A DNA stretch of 64,000 nt from Rhodanobacter sp. (GTDB lineage Bacteria > Pseudomonadota > Gammaproteobacteria > Xanthomonadales > Rhodanobacteraceae), in assembly GCA_030148505.1 (NCBI GenBank), contig JASBTI010000038.1, positions 10,704 to 74,703 on the forward strand, read 5' to 3'. Shown here piece after piece: positions 1 to 10,852 of the stretch (positions within the stretch are counted from its first letter, which is position 1; each line of letters opens with the position of its first letter). The translations under genes and the position numbers were made by a program. The notes beneath the pieces are model-generated. The model searched no databases. It saw only the letters and a program-made list of their open reading frames with translations, and was not told where the DNA came from.

Positions 1-262
1 GCATCCGTATCCCGCTCTTCGCCAGAGAATGACGAATTTCATAACTGATTTCGTTCAGCGCCTTCACCGCCGGCAAGCCCTGCTCGGGAATCAACGCGGT
101 CACCCATACCGTCGCCCAATCCAGGTCGCGCGTGATCTCGACATCGGAAACACTGACCGACGGCAAGCCGTGATCACGCACCGCGGCATGGACCAGCAGG
201 CCCAGTTCGCGGCGAAGCTCGGCACCGATACGGTCAGTTCGTTTGAAATCGCGAGACGGCAT
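1..262 (-). CDS. rbfA: ribosome-binding factor A (3' end runs off the window)
   Basis: My own minus-strand translation from the ATG at 262 reads MPSRDFKRTDRIGAELRRELGLLVHAAVRDHGLPSVSVSDVEITRDLDWATVWVTAL..., which is RbfA-like. It lies directly downstream of infB as in nusA-infB-rbfA operons. It is absent from the ORF track because there is no in-window stop. Confidence 0.85.
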   Translation of the reverse strand, partial: MPSRDFKRTDRIGAELRRELGLLVHAAVRDHGLPSVSVSDVEITRDLDWATVWVTALIPEQGLPAVKALNEISYEIRHSLAKSGIRM

Positions 263-352
263 TGAAAAACCTGAATTGAGAGTGGAGGGCAATGAGAAAC
301 GAAGGAGCATCTGCCCAAACTCATTTCTCACTGCGCCACATGCCTTACTGTT

Positions 353-3175
353 TTACAGCGTGCGCGCCACTTCGGTGCGCTCGAAGCACTCGATCTGGTC
401 ACCGGCCTTCACGTCGTTGTACTGCTTGACCGCAATGCCGCATTCCATGCCATTACGCACTTCGTCGACCAACTCCTTGAAGCGCCGCAGCGACTCAAGC
501 TCGCCTTCGAAGATCACCACGCTGTCGCGCAGCACGCGTATCGGCTTGCTGCGCTTGACCGAACCTTCGACGACCATGCAACCGGCTACGGCACCGAACT
601 TTGAGCTGCGGAACACGTCGCGCACCTCGGCGATACCAATGATGTCTTCGCGCACTTCCATGCCCAGCAAGCCGGTCGCCGCCTGCGTCACCTGATCAAT
701 CACGTCATAGATGATCGAGAAATAGCGCACATCCAGCCCGGCGGTATCTATCACCTTGCGGGCTGAAGCATCGGCGCGCACATTGAAGCCGATGATCAAC
801 GCCTTGGAAGCCGCCGCCAGCGTGGCATCGGATTCATTGATGCCACCAACCCCGGAGGACACTACATTGACCCGGACCCGCTCGTTGCCGATCTGGGTGA
901 GCGATTCGCGAAGTGCCTCGACCGAGCCCTGGACGTCACCCTTGACGAGAATATTGAGGGTCTGCTGCTCAACGCCCTGGCCCATCTTGGCAATGATGTC
1001 TTCAAGCCGGTTGCTCTTGCTGACCATGCGCGTTTCACGACGCTTGAGCTCACGCTCCTGCGCCACTTCACGGGCAAGACGCTCGTCCTCGACGCAGACG
1101 AAATCGTCTCCGGTTTCCGGTACACCAGACAGACCCAGCACCTGCACCGGGATCGACGGACCAGCCTCCTCCACCTGCTTGCCGGTTTCATCGATCAAGG
1201 CGCGCATCCGACCGTATTCGATGCCGCAAACCAGAAAATCACCCTTGCGCAACGTACCTTGCTGCACCAGCACCGTCGCCACCGGACCGCGACCGCGATC
1301 CAGGCTCGATTCGATCACCACACCCGAGGCGCGGCCGTCGGCGACGGCCTTGAGTTCCATCACCTCGGCCTGGATCGAAATGGCATCCAGCAAATCGTCG
1401 ATACCCTCACCGGTCTTGGCCGACACCGGCACGAACTGGACGTCACCGCCCCAGTCTTCCGGCACTACTTCCTGCGCCACCAAGCCTTGCTTGACGTTGT
1501 CGGGATTGGCGCCTTCCTTGTCCATCTTGTTGACCGCAACAATCATCGGCACGTTGGCCGCACGCGCATGTTTCACCGCTTCGATAGTTTGCGGTTTCAC
1601 ACCGTCGTCCGCCGCGACCACCAGGATCACGATATCGGTCGATTGCGCGCCGCGGGCACGCATCGAGGTAAACGCTGCATGGCCGGGGGTATCCAGAAAG
1701 GTGATCACCCCCCGCGACGTCTCCACGTGATAGGCACCGATATGCTGGGTGATGCCACCGGCCTCTCCCGAAGCCACCTTGGTGGTACGGATATAGTCGA
1801 GCAACGAAGTCTTGCCGTGATCGACATGGCCCATGATGGTCACGACCGCCGGGCGGGTGACTTTTTCTCCCTCCAGCTCGACATTCTGGGTATGTGCCGC
1901 CAACGTTTCCTCGGCATTGTTCTGGGTGTCGGCAACCGGAATATGGCCCAACTCGGTGACCACCAGTTCGGCCGTGTCGTGATCGACCGTCTGATTGATG
2001 GTTGCCATCACGCCCATCTTGAACAAGGCCTTGACGACCTCGGAACCCTTGACTGCCATTTTCTGCGCCAACTCGGCCACGACATTGGCCTCGCTGATCG
2101 TCACCTCGCGCACGACTGGCGCAGTGGGACGCGAAAATCCATGGGGACCGGAGGGAACATTGGCATTGCCTCGCGACATGTCGCGACTGTTGCGGCCACC
2201 CTTGCCGCGCTTGCTGCTGGAGGACCGGCGGGCCCGATCGGCTTCGCTCAGATGCATCTGACCACCCGCAAAGCGCTTGGCCCCGCGCTCATCCTTTCCG
2301 CCACCCTCATTCCGCTCACGACCGTGTTTTGTCTTGCCGCGTCCCGCATCCGCCCCTGCGGACGGGGCCGCTGGGGCTGGGGCTGATGCAGGGGTAGCCG
2401 CAGTCGGCTTGCCAGCCGCCGGCGCCGGGGCAGGTGCCGGGGCTGGCTTCACCAGCTTTTCGCGCTTGCGGGGTTCATGGATGCGCGGCAGGATCATCCC
2501 CAGCTCGCGCGGGTCGATACGCTGTACTGCCGGAGCTTCATCCCCGGCATTTCCGGACGAGGGCGTGGCCGGCACTGTCGGCGGTGCACTCTCGGCCTGC
2601 TCGGACGGCTCCTGGGCCGCCGCATCCGCTTCAGCCTGTTTTCGCCGCGCGTCTTCTTCCTTGCGCTGCTCCTCTTCCCGAGCCCGTTGCCGGGCTTCCT
2701 CTTCGCGAAGGCGCTCGGCGGCGGCAAGCCGATCCTGCTCTTGCTGCTGCGCCTCTTGCTCGCGCTGCTGCTGGGACTCCTCCAGCTTGCGCTGAGCCTC
2801 TTCGCGCTCCGTGTCAGCGCCGGACTTCTCGGCTATCACGCTGCGCTTGACGTAAGTCCGCTTGGCCCGAACCTCCACGTTGACCGTCTTCGACGACGCC
2901 GTCGCGCCACGCCCACCGGGCGTGGATACCTTCAGCTCGCCGACAGTGCGCCGCTTCAAGGTGATCTGGCGCGGAGCGTTGTCATCGACTTCGGCAACCA
3001 CGTCGCCCTTGCCGTGTGTGCGCCGCAAAAAGCCCAGCAACTTCACCTTTTCGGTGCTGCTGATGACTTGCTCCTGATCGGAGAATTTCATGCCTGCCTC
3101 GCCAAGCTGGGTCAACAGCTTTTCGGTCGGCATACCCAGAACCTGGGCGAGTTGTTTGATCGTGACGTCCGACAT
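353..3175 (-). CDS. infB: translation initiation factor IF-2
   Basis: 940-aa ORF with G-domain motifs ([22 protein letters not shown]) and an Ala/Pro/Glu/Arg-rich N-terminal linker. It lies downstream of nusA. Confidence 0.97.
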   Translation of the reverse strand: MSDVTIKQLAQVLGMPTEKLLTQLGEAGMKFSDQEQVISSTEKVKLLGFLRRTHGKGDVVAEVDDNAPRQITLKRRTVGELKVSTPGGRGATASSKTVNVEVRAKRTYVKRSVIAEKSGADTEREEAQRKLEESQQQREQEAQQQEQDRLAAAERLREEEARQRAREEEQRKEEDARRKQAEADAAAQEPSEQAESAPPTVPATPSSGNAGDEAPAVQRIDPRELGMILPRIHEPRKREKLVKPAPAPAPAPAAGKPTAATPASAPAPAAPSAGADAGRGKTKHGRERNEGGGKDERGAKRFAGGQMHLSEADRARRSSSSKRGKGGRNSRDMSRGNANVPSGPHGFSRPTAPVVREVTISEANVVAELAQKMAVKGSEVVKALFKMGVMATINQTVDHDTAELVVTELGHIPVADTQNNAEETLAAHTQNVELEGEKVTRPAVVTIMGHVDHGKTSLLDYIRTTKVASGEAGGITQHIGAYHVETSRGVITFLDTPGHAAFTSMRARGAQSTDIVILVVAADDGVKPQTIEAVKHARAANVPMIVAVNKMDKEGANPDNVKQGLVAQEVVPEDWGGDVQFVPVSAKTGEGIDDLLDAISIQAEVMELKAVADGRASGVVIESSLDRGRGPVATVLVQQGTLRKGDFLVCGIEYGRMRALIDETGKQVEEAGPSIPVQVLGLSGVPETGDDFVCVEDERLAREVAQERELKRRETRMVSKSNRLEDIIAKMGQGVEQQTLNILVKGDVQGSVEALRESLTQIGNERVRVNVVSSGVGGINESDATLAAASKALIIGFNVRADASARKVIDTAGLDVRYFSIIYDVIDQVTQAATGLLGMEVREDIIGIAEVRDVFRSSKFGAVAGCMVVEGSVKRSKPIRVLRDSVVIFEGELESLRRFKELVDEVRNGMECGIAVKQYNDVKAGDQIECFERTEVARTL

Positions 3176-3322
3176 CGTGTTCCTGCTCCGCCATTCCCGC
3201 GCTTGGGCCCTGTTTGGCCCTTATCGTCTGTGCAAATTCGATCTGCACAGCTGCCTCCATCCTTGGTGAAAGGCTCTGCAAGCCCTTCTTGGCGCACCCA
3301 TCCAGGGTGCTGCCGCTCGCGG

Positions 3323-4828
3323 TTAGCCGCCTCTCTCCAGCCGTTCGATCATGGGCGCGCGCGCGGTCATGATAAGTGCTGCAGCGCGCTCCTCGTCCAT
3401 GCCTTCGATATCGATCAGGTCGTCTACCGCCAAATCCGCCAGATCATCGACCGTACTCACTTCGCGAGCGGCCAGCGCATAGGCCGTCGCTTCGTCCATG
3501 CCCTCCAGCGCGAGAAGCTCCTCGGAGGGCTGGTGCTCCTCAACGCCCTCCTCCACAGCCAGCGCCTCGGTCAGCAGCGCATCGCGAGCACGAGCGCGAA
3601 GTTCCTCGACAATCTCTTCGTCGAAACCTTCGACTGCCAACAGCTCGGCGCTGGGCACGTAGGCAATCTCCTCGACGCTGGAGAAGCCTTCCTGCACTAG
3701 GATAACGGCAATTTCCTGATCCACCTCGAGCTTGTCCATGAACAACTGGCGTGCGGCCTCCTGCTCGGACTCACTCTTTGCGGTGACTTGATCCTGCGTC
3801 ATCACGTTCAGCTGCCAGCCTGTTAGCTTACTGGCCAGGCGCACGTTCTGGCCACCCCGACCGATAGCCTGGGACAGTTTGTCCTCGGCCACCGCGATGT
3901 CCATCGAATGCTTTTCCTCATCCATGATGATCGACTGCACCTCGGCCGGAGCCATCGCATTGATCACAAACTGTGCCTGGTTTTCATGCCACAGGATAAT
4001 ATCGACCCGCTCGCCATTGAGGTCATTGGAAACCGCCTGCACCCGCGAACCGCGCATGCCGATGCACGCACCGATCGGATCGGTGCGGCTGTCGTGCGCC
4101 AGCACGGCGATCTTCGCGCGGTCACCCGGATCACGGGCACAACCCTTGATCTCGACCAGCCCTTGACCGACTTCCGGCACTTCCAGCTTGAACAGTTCAA
4201 TCATGAATTCTGGTGCGGCGCGCGACACAAACAGCTGCGGGCCACGCACTTCCGACTTCACCTCGTAGAGATAGCCACGCACACGATCCCCCACGCGAGC
4301 CGACTCCCGCGGAATCGTCTTGTCGCGCGGGATGAAGGCTTCGGCATTACTGCCCAGATCGAGATAAATGTTGCCGCGCTCGACGCGCTTGACGATACCG
4401 GTGACCAACTCGCCGACGCGGCCGGCAAATGCATCCACCACCTGCTGACGTTCGGCTTCACGCACGCGCTGCACGATTACCTGCTTGGCAGCCTGCGCTG
4501 CAATACGCCCGAACTCGGCATTTTCGACCTGCTGTTCGATGTACTCCCCGACCTGCGCATCGTCGCGCTCGTCCAGCGCATCCATCAGACGCAGCTGGTA
4601 AGAGGGAGACTCCATCTCACCGTCGTCGGCAATGATTTCCCAGCGGCGAAAGGTCTTGTACTCCCCGGTATCCTGATCAATGGAAACCCGGATATCAGGT
4701 TCTTCTTCCGGATAGCGCTTCTTGGCGGCCGAGGCCAGCGCCGCCTCCATCGCCTCGAAAATCACTTCCAGCGGCACACCCTTTTCATTGGCAACCGCGT
4801 CAACGACCAGCAAAAGTTCTTTGCTCAT
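3323..4828 (-). CDS. nusA: transcription termination/antitermination factor NusA
   Basis: The ORF track extends to 5029, but NusA homology starts at [18 protein letters not shown] (ATG at 4828). S1/KH regions and C-terminal acidic repeats are present. 501 aa after trimming. Confidence 0.95.
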   Translation of the reverse strand: MSKELLLVVDAVANEKGVPLEVIFEAMEAALASAAKKRYPEEEPDIRVSIDQDTGEYKTFRRWEIIADDGEMESPSYQLRLMDALDERDDAQVGEYIEQQVENAEFGRIAAQAAKQVIVQRVREAERQQVVDAFAGRVGELVTGIVKRVERGNIYLDLGSNAEAFIPRDKTIPRESARVGDRVRGYLYEVKSEVRGPQLFVSRAAPEFMIELFKLEVPEVGQGLVEIKGCARDPGDRAKIAVLAHDSRTDPIGACIGMRGSRVQAVSNDLNGERVDIILWHENQAQFVINAMAPAEVQSIIMDEEKHSMDIAVAEDKLSQAIGRGGQNVRLASKLTGWQLNVMTQDQVTAKSESEQEAARQLFMDKLEVDQEIAVILVQEGFSSVEEIAYVPSAELLAVEGFDEEIVEELRARARDALLTEALAVEEGVEEHQPSEELLALEGMDEATAYALAAREVSTVDDLADLAVDDLIDIEGMDEERAAALIMTARAPMIERLERGG

Positions 4829-4889
4829 TGCAACAACTCCATCGGCGCCCACCGGCGTCCATCGCTCTTGATTGATTGTTTCGTATCGA

Positions 4890-5438
4890 TTACTTCGACG
4901 CTTTGGAAGGCGCTGAGCGGCCCCCGCGCTTGGGCTGCGGCGCATAACCCAGCGCCACCCAGTCGGGTACCACGCGCGCGCTTTCCACCATCGCGTGCTC
5001 GAACTCAAATATCTTGCCATCGGCTTCAAGCGTGATCAGTTCGCCATCCACTGCGACCAGCTTTCCGCGCAGGCGACGACGCCCCTCCAACGGCATCCGC
5101 AACAACAACTTCACTTCCTGCTCACGAACTTTCGCAAACTGCTCGGCGGTAAACAGCGGCCGATCCAAGCCAGGCGAAGATACCTCCAGCACGTAATGTC
5201 CCGGCACCGGATCTTCAACGTCGAGCATCGCCGACAACTCGCGACTCGCCCGCTCGCAATCCTCGATGCCTACCTCGCGACGCGTACCGTCGTCCCCGGC
5301 ATCGCCCCTTTCAGGTAAATCCAGGTACACACGCAACGTGCTCTGTCCATTCGAGGGCAAGAATTCCACACCCAGACATTCCAGACCCAGGTCCGAAAGT
5401 ATCGTAGTGAAGCGTTGTGCCAGTGCCTGCGTATCCAT
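4890..5438 (-). CDS. rimP: ribosome maturation factor RimP
   Basis: 182-aa ORF ([26 protein letters not shown]...) located between the initiator tRNA and nusA, as in the metY-rimP-nusA-infB operon. Confidence 0.9.
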   Translation of the reverse strand: MDTQALAQRFTTILSDLGLECLGVEFLPSNGQSTLRVYLDLPERGDAGDDGTRREVGIEDCERASRELSAMLDVEDPVPGHYVLEVSSPGLDRPLFTAEQFAKVREQEVKLLLRMPLEGRRRLRGKLVAVDGELITLEADGKIFEFEHAMVESARVVPDWVALGYAPQPKRGGRSAPSKASK

Positions 5439-5591
5439 GAATCCGTTTTCCGTGGCCGCCCCCTAACGGGCAGCAGAAACAAAAAATGGGCTCCAACGGC
5501 CCATTTCCCTATCCCGCCAATGTTACTCCTGCCGGAGTTCCGGTGCGGTCAAACGCACCTTGCAATCCAACATGGGCGCTGTACGCCCAAC

Positions 5592-5615
5592 AAAAAAGCC
5601 TCACGAGGAGGCTTT
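5592..5615 (-). terminator. Rho-independent terminator/attenuator after tRNA-fMet
   Basis: On the minus strand: AAGCCTC-CTCGT-GAGGCTT (7-bp stem, 5-nt loop) running into a T6 tract. It lies between the tRNA and rimP. Confidence 0.6.
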
Positions 5616-5633
5616 CTTGCGTCAAGAAAGATC

Positions 5634-5710
5634 TGGTAGCGGGGGCAGGATTCGAACCTGCGACCTTCGGGTTATGAGCCCGACGAGCTGCCAGACTGCT
5701 CCACCCCGCA
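5634..5710 (-). tRNA. metY: initiator tRNA-fMet (CAT)
   Basis: The reverse complement reads TGCGGGGTGGAGCAGTCTGGCAGCTCGTCGGGCTCATAACCCGAAGGTCGCAGGTTCGAATCCTGCCCCCGCTACCA. It folds as a cloverleaf with a CAT anticodon, three G:C pairs closing the anticodon stem, an unpaired 1:72 position and an encoded CCA. Confidence 0.93.
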
Positions 5711-5723
5711 TCAGTGTCCAGCA

Positions 5724-5752
5724 AGTTTAACGAGGTGGCCAGATTCTTGCAA
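5724..5752 (-). promoter_or_regulatory. candidate sigma70 promoter of the metY-rimP-nusA-infB operon
   Basis: On the minus strand: TTGCAA, 17 nt, TAAACT. The -10 element ends about 14 nt upstream of the tRNA 5' end. Confidence 0.5.
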
Positions 5753-5833
5753 GCACTCCATCAGGATAATTCACCATTGATGATCCGCCGGCATGAATAG
5801 CCACATCTGCCACGGCCACGGAAGCAACGCGAA

Positions 5834-7288
5834 TCACAGACCGAAAGCTTCCCTGCACCAGCTCAGTAACGGTCCCCAGTACAAACCCAGAACCAGCAGT
5901 GACAAAGCGTTCAACGACAGCATCACGCGCATCGACCCGTCAGACTTGACCTGCAGCACGCTGTCCTCGGCCGGCTTGTCGAAATACATCACCTTGATCA
6001 CGTTCAGGTAGTAATACAGGCCGATGATCGCGAACACGATACCGGCAACCGCCAACCACAACATGCCCGCGTGGATTGCTGCTTCCAGCACCAACACCTT
6101 GGCCCAGAAGCCGAACAGCGGCGGCACACCGGCCAGCGAAAACATCGCCAGCAACATCAGGAAAGCCATCCACGGGGACTTTTGATTGAGCCCCTTCAGA
6201 TCGGCTATCTCTTCGCATTCGAAACCCGAACGCGTCAGGGCCAGGATCACGCCGAACGCCGCCACGCTCATCAGCGAGTAGCAGATCGCATAGAACATCG
6301 CCGCGGCATAGCCCTCCGGCCCGGCGGCCGCCAGCCCCAGCAATAGGTAGCCCATGTGCGAAATAGTCGAATACGCCAGCATGCGCTTGAGATTCGTCTG
6401 CACGATGGCAACCAGGTTGCCGATCGCCAACGACACCACCGCCAACACCGCCAGCATCAGCTGCCAATGCGGTGACAGATCACCCATACCCCCTTCGAGC
6501 AACCGGTAAGCCATGCCAAAGGCAGCCAGTTTGGAGCCGGAGGCGATGAAGGTGGTTACCGGCGTCGATGCACCCTGGTAAACGTCCGGAATCCACATGT
6601 GGAACGGGGCAGCTCCGAGTTTGAATCCGATGCCAACTACCATGAAGATCAACCCGAACAACAACAACTTGGGCGCTGTGGTGTAGGAGATCACGTCATG
6701 CAGGTGCGAAAGGGCCAGGCTCGGCGCACCCCCCATGCCCGATGCGCCGTAGACCATCGACATGCCATACAGGAGCATGCCCGAAGCCAGCGCGCCCAGT
6801 ACGAAGTACTTGATCGCCGCCTCGGTGGACAAGCCGGAGTCGCGATTCAGTGCGACCAGTGCGTAGGACGACAGCGAAAGCAGTTCAAGCCCCAGATAGA
6901 CCGTCACCAGGTTGCCGGCCGAGACCAGCAGCATGATGCCGATCACCGCGAAGATCATCAGCGTGTAGAACTCGCCCTTCAGCAACTGACGGTCGATCAG
7001 GTACGGACGGGCGTAAACCATTACCAGTGCTGTAGTGCCGAGCGCAAAAACCTTGAGTATCTCGGCGACCCGGTCACGCACAAACATGCCGCCGAAGGCT
7101 GTTGCGGTGAAATCCGGTTGCCCGGCGATCACCAGGTAGATCGCCACCAACAGCACCAGAATCGACAGCCAGTGCAGACTCGAACGCTGTTCCGGCTTCA
7201 TGAAAGCATCCAGCAACAGCAGCAGGCACGCCGCGGCCACCAGGTAGAACTCAGGCAACAGGATCAGGATGTCGTTGAAATTAGGCAT
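5834..7288 (-). CDS. nuoN: NADH-quinone oxidoreductase subunit N
   Basis: 484-aa polytopic membrane ORF. It is the last gene of a contiguous nuoA-N array and follows nuoM. Confidence 0.95.
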   Translation of the reverse strand: MPNFNDILILLPEFYLVAAACLLLLLDAFMKPEQRSSLHWLSILVLLVAIYLVIAGQPDFTATAFGGMFVRDRVAEILKVFALGTTALVMVYARPYLIDRQLLKGEFYTLMIFAVIGIMLLVSAGNLVTVYLGLELLSLSSYALVALNRDSGLSTEAAIKYFVLGALASGMLLYGMSMVYGASGMGGAPSLALSHLHDVISYTTAPKLLLFGLIFMVVGIGFKLGAAPFHMWIPDVYQGASTPVTTFIASGSKLAAFGMAYRLLEGGMGDLSPHWQLMLAVLAVVSLAIGNLVAIVQTNLKRMLAYSTISHMGYLLLGLAAAGPEGYAAAMFYAICYSLMSVAAFGVILALTRSGFECEEIADLKGLNQKSPWMAFLMLLAMFSLAGVPPLFGFWAKVLVLEAAIHAGMLWLAVAGIVFAIIGLYYYLNVIKVMYFDKPAEDSVLQVKSDGSMRVMLSLNALSLLVLGLYWGPLLSWCREAFGL

Positions 7289-7300
7289 GTTCGGTCCCGA

Positions 7301-8809
7301 TCAAATCTTGTGAACAGCAAGCTGGTGTACCAGCTGCATCGCCGAAGAGTCCATCAGATGGACCAGTGGCTGCGGCCAGATGCCGACGGCCAGCACGGCC
7401 GCGGCAAAGGCGGTAAGCACGAACGTTTCGCGACCGTTGATTTCCTTCATCTCGGCCACATGCGGATTGGTGATGTCGCCCCACAACACCCGCTTGACCA
7501 TCCACAGTGTGTAGGCCGCGCCGATGATCAGGGTGAAGGCAGCGAACAAGGCGATCCATGGGTTTGCTGTGAAGCTGGCCATGATCACCATGAACTCGCC
7601 GACGAAACCGCTGGTGCCCGGCAAGCCGGAGTTGGCCATCGCAAACAGCACGTAGAAGAAGCCGAACCAGGGCATCACGTTTATCACACCACCGTAATCC
7701 TTGATCTGGCGCGTGTGCAGGCGGTCGTACATCACGCCGATACAGGTAAACATGGCGCCGGAGACGAAGCCATGGGAAATCATCTGCACCAGCGCGCCCT
7801 GCATACCGAGCTGGGCCATCTCCGCATTGCCTTGCTCACGCACCAGCATGAAGGCGATGAAGATGCCAAGCGTGACGAAACCCATGTGCGCCACGGAGGA
7901 ATACGCCACCAGCTTCTTCATGTCCTCCTGCACCAATGCGACGTAGCCGATGTAGACGATAGCCACCAGGCTCAATCCGATGATCAGCCAGGCAAAGTGC
8001 CCGCCCGCATCTGGCGTAATCGGCAGGATGAAACGCAGCATTCCGTAGGTGCCGACTTTCAGCATCACCGCGGCCAGCACTACCGAGCCGCCGGTCGGCG
8101 CCTCGACGTGGGCGTCGGGCAACCAGGTGTGCACCGGCACCATCGGCACCTTGATCGCGAAGGCGATCAGGAACGCGAAGAAGATCCAGGTCTGCTCCTT
8201 CATGGTCAGCGGCAGCGCCGCCAGCGTGGCCATGTCGAAGGTACCGGCCTTCTGGTACAGGTACAGCAGCGCGATCAACATGAAGACCGAACCGAAGAAC
8301 GTGTAGATGAAGAACTTCAGTGTGGCGTAGACGCGCCGCGGACCACCCCAGATACCGATCAGGATGAACATCGGAATCAGGATCGCCTCAAACAGCGCAT
8401 AGAACAGCAACGCGTCGGTCGCGCAGAACACCCCGATCAGCAGGCCTTCCAGCATCAGCATCGCAGCCATGTACTGATGCGGTTTGTCCTGGATGACCTC
8501 CCATGCACCGGCAATCACCAGGATGCCGACAAAGGTGGTCATCAGAATCAACGCCACCGAGATGCCGTCGACCGCCAGGCCGTAGTGGACACCCCAGGCG
8601 GGAATCCACAGGTAGCTTTCGACCAGTTGCATGCCGCCAGCATCCGGGTGGTACTGCACCAGCAGCAACAAGCTGGCGGCAAAAGTCAGCACCGCTACCA
8701 GCAGCGATAGCCAACGGGCCATGTTGGGCCGGCTGGCACCGGCAAGCAACACCGGAATCGCACCGACAACGGGTAGCCAGATCAGCAGGCTTAACAAGTG
8801 ATTGAACAT
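7301..8809 (-). CDS. nuoM: NADH-quinone oxidoreductase subunit M
   Basis: The tracked ORF is trimmed to MFNHLLSLLIWLPVVGAIPVLLAG (ATG at 8809); the upstream extension is Arg/Pro-rich junk overlapping nuoL. Antiporter-like membrane protein, 502 aa. Confidence 0.93.
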   Translation of the reverse strand: MFNHLLSLLIWLPVVGAIPVLLAGASRPNMARWLSLLVAVLTFAASLLLLVQYHPDAGGMQLVESYLWIPAWGVHYGLAVDGISVALILMTTFVGILVIAGAWEVIQDKPHQYMAAMLMLEGLLIGVFCATDALLFYALFEAILIPMFILIGIWGGPRRVYATLKFFIYTFFGSVFMLIALLYLYQKAGTFDMATLAALPLTMKEQTWIFFAFLIAFAIKVPMVPVHTWLPDAHVEAPTGGSVVLAAVMLKVGTYGMLRFILPITPDAGGHFAWLIIGLSLVAIVYIGYVALVQEDMKKLVAYSSVAHMGFVTLGIFIAFMLVREQGNAEMAQLGMQGALVQMISHGFVSGAMFTCIGVMYDRLHTRQIKDYGGVINVMPWFGFFYVLFAMANSGLPGTSGFVGEFMVIMASFTANPWIALFAAFTLIIGAAYTLWMVKRVLWGDITNPHVAEMKEINGRETFVLTAFAAAVLAVGIWPQPLVHLMDSSAMQLVHQLAVHKI

Positions 8810-8823
8810 TGATCCCGTTTCCC

Positions 8824-10848
8824 TTATTGCCCGACCAGCCAATACCCGCCGAGCAGCAGGATCAGGCCGAGAATCATTGCGAAGGCGTAGTGATAGAGGT
8901 AGCCCGACTGCAGGCGGCGGGTGCCCGCTGCGACACGATGGACCAGGCTTACCGAGCCATTGACCATCGCACCGTCGATCATCGCTGCGTCGCCGACCTT
9001 CCACAGTCCGCGCCCCAGTTTGACTCCGCCACGGGCAAACACGGCGAAGTAGATGTCATCAAACCAGTATTTGCGATCGAGCACCGTCCACAACGGTTTG
9101 AGCGCTGACTTGATCTTGCCGGCCATCGCCGGATTGAACAGGTAGATATAGGTCTGGATGGCAAACGCCAGCAAGACCAGTCCGAACGGGCCAAACGGGC
9201 TGAGTCCGTGCAACGCCATCGACAGCGGGCCGTGGAACTCCTTGCCCATCTCGGCCAACACGTTGTTTGCGGCGTTCACGTGGATGGCGCTGCCGAACCA
9301 ATTGCCGAACAACATCGGCCCAACCGTCAGGTAGCCAATCAACAGCGAAGGAATCGCCAGCAGCACCAGCGGTACCGTAACTACCCACGGCGACTCCTTG
9401 GGTGCATGCGCCAGCACGCCGGGCTCATGGTGACCATGGTCGTCATGGCCGTCATGACCGTGCGATGCCACCACGGTGAAGCGCTCCTTGCCATGGAAGG
9501 TCAGATACATCTGGCGGAAGGTGTACAAGCCGGTCACCAGCGCACCAGCCATCACGCAGAAATACGCGTAGCTTGCGCCCCAGCGGTGCGACAAGCCGGC
9601 CGCCTCGATGATCGCGTCCTTGGAATAGAAGCCGGAGAAAAACGGTACCCCGCACAAGGCCAGCGAACCGATCCACATGGTGATCCAGGTGATCGGCATG
9701 TACTTGCGCAATCCACCCATGTAGCGCATGTCCTGCTCGTGGTGCATCGCGATGATCACCGAACCGGCACCGAGGAACAGCAAGGCCTTGAAGAACGCGT
9801 GCGTCATCAGATGATAGACCGCGCCGCTGTAGGCCGACACACCCAGCGCCACCGTCATGTAGCCGAGCTGGGACAGGGTCGAATAGGCGATCACCCGCTT
9901 GATGTCGTTCTGCACGATACCGACCATGCCGGTAAACAGCGCGGTGGTGGCGCCAATCACCATGATGAAGCTGAGCGCACTTTGCGACAGCTCGAACAGC
10001 GGTGACATCCGCGCCACCATGAAGATGCCGGCGGTGACCATCGTGGCCGCGTGGATCAATGCCGAAATCGGCGTTGGGCCCTCCATCGAATCGGGCAACC
10101 ATACGTGCAGCGGCACCTGTGCCGACTTGCCCATGGCGCCGATGAACAGCAGCACGCAAATCACTGTGGCGGCATCCCAGTGGGTGCCCGCAGCGATCTG
10201 CAGCGTCTTGCCGACCAGACTCGGGGCCGCACTGAAGGCGGTGGCATAGTCGAGCGTGCCGAGGAAATAAAGCACCGCAGCAATACCCAGCAAAAAGCCG
10301 AAATCACCCACGCGGTTGACCAGGAAGGCCTTGAGATTGGCGAAAATGGCGCTGGGTTTCTTGTACCAGAAACCGATCAGCAGGTAAGACACCAGGCCCA
10401 CCGCTTCCCAGCCAAAGAACAGCTGCAGGAAGTTGTTGCTCATCACCAGCATGAACATCGAGAAGGTGAACAGCGAGATATAGCTGAAAAAGCGCGTGTA
10501 ACCGGGATCGTCGCGCATGTAGCCGATGGTGTACAGATGCACCAGCAACGACACGAAACTCACCACCACCAGCATCATCGCGGTCAGTCGATCGACCATG
10601 AAGCCGACGCTGGCGTGGAAGTGGCCGATCTGAAACCAGGTGTAGAGATTGTGGTTATAGGCGACCGCACCGCCCAGCGCGAGCTGGTAAAGCACATAGA
10701 ATGACAGCGCGCAGGAAATCGCCACCCCAAGAAGGGTAACGGTATGGGATCCGGCACGGCCGAGGAAACGACCGAGAAACCCTGCCAGTACGCAACCGAC
10801 CAGGGGGGCCAGTGCGATGGTTAGCAGGATCGACGTGGAAAGCTCCAT
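8824..10848 (-). CDS. nuoL: NADH-quinone oxidoreductase subunit L
   Basis: 674-aa antiporter-like membrane protein (MELSTSILLTIALAPLVG...) positioned between nuoK and nuoM. Confidence 0.95.
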   Translation of the reverse strand: MELSTSILLTIALAPLVGCVLAGFLGRFLGRAGSHTVTLLGVAISCALSFYVLYQLALGGAVAYNHNLYTWFQIGHFHASVGFMVDRLTAMMLVVVSFVSLLVHLYTIGYMRDDPGYTRFFSYISLFTFSMFMLVMSNNFLQLFFGWEAVGLVSYLLIGFWYKKPSAIFANLKAFLVNRVGDFGFLLGIAAVLYFLGTLDYATAFSAAPSLVGKTLQIAAGTHWDAATVICVLLFIGAMGKSAQVPLHVWLPDSMEGPTPISALIHAATMVTAGIFMVARMSPLFELSQSALSFIMVIGATTALFTGMVGIVQNDIKRVIAYSTLSQLGYMTVALGVSAYSGAVYHLMTHAFFKALLFLGAGSVIIAMHHEQDMRYMGGLRKYMPITWITMWIGSLALCGVPFFSGFYSKDAIIEAAGLSHRWGASYAYFCVMAGALVTGLYTFRQMYLTFHGKERFTVVASHGHDGHDDHGHHEPGVLAHAPKESPWVVTVPLVLLAIPSLLIGYLTVGPMLFGNWFGSAIHVNAANNVLAEMGKEFHGPLSMALHGLSPFGPFGLVLLAFAIQTYIYLFNPAMAGKIKSALKPLWTVLDRKYWFDDIYFAVFARGGVKLGRGLWKVGDAAMIDGAMVNGSVSLVHRVAAGTRRLQSGYLYHYAFAMILGLILLLGGYWLVGQ

Positions 10849-10852
10849 GGAT

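Noticed and set aside
2380-2450. Short tandem GCx/CCx repeats (APAPAPAP) inside infB.
   Set aside because: This is the low-complexity Ala/Pro linker of the IF2 N-terminal region, not a DNA repeat element or a CRISPR-like array.
3323-5029. 5'-extended versions of tracked ORFs: nusA to 5029, nuoM to 9004, nuoJ to 12120, nuoH to 13448, nuoK as a 332-aa ORF, nuoA to 20572, pilZ to 21200, holB to 23791, pabC to 26452, fabD to 31267, the TgpA-like gene from 36028, AbiEii to 60857 and AbiEi to 61555.
   Set aside because: The extensions overlap the upstream gene, are compositionally junk and precede the point where family homology begins. Internal starts give canonical lengths and ATGA/GTGA coupling.
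6599-8710. 703-aa plus-strand ORF opposite nuoN/nuoM. Similar long antisense ORFs occur at 2477-3700, 15709-17109, 46022-47788, 47872-49341, 50547-51932 and 55656-57191.
   Set aside because: Each lies opposite a strongly conserved gene and has a monotonous Arg/His/Gln/Gly-rich composition with no recognisable domains. This is the usual stop-codon-poor antisense frame of high-GC DNA.
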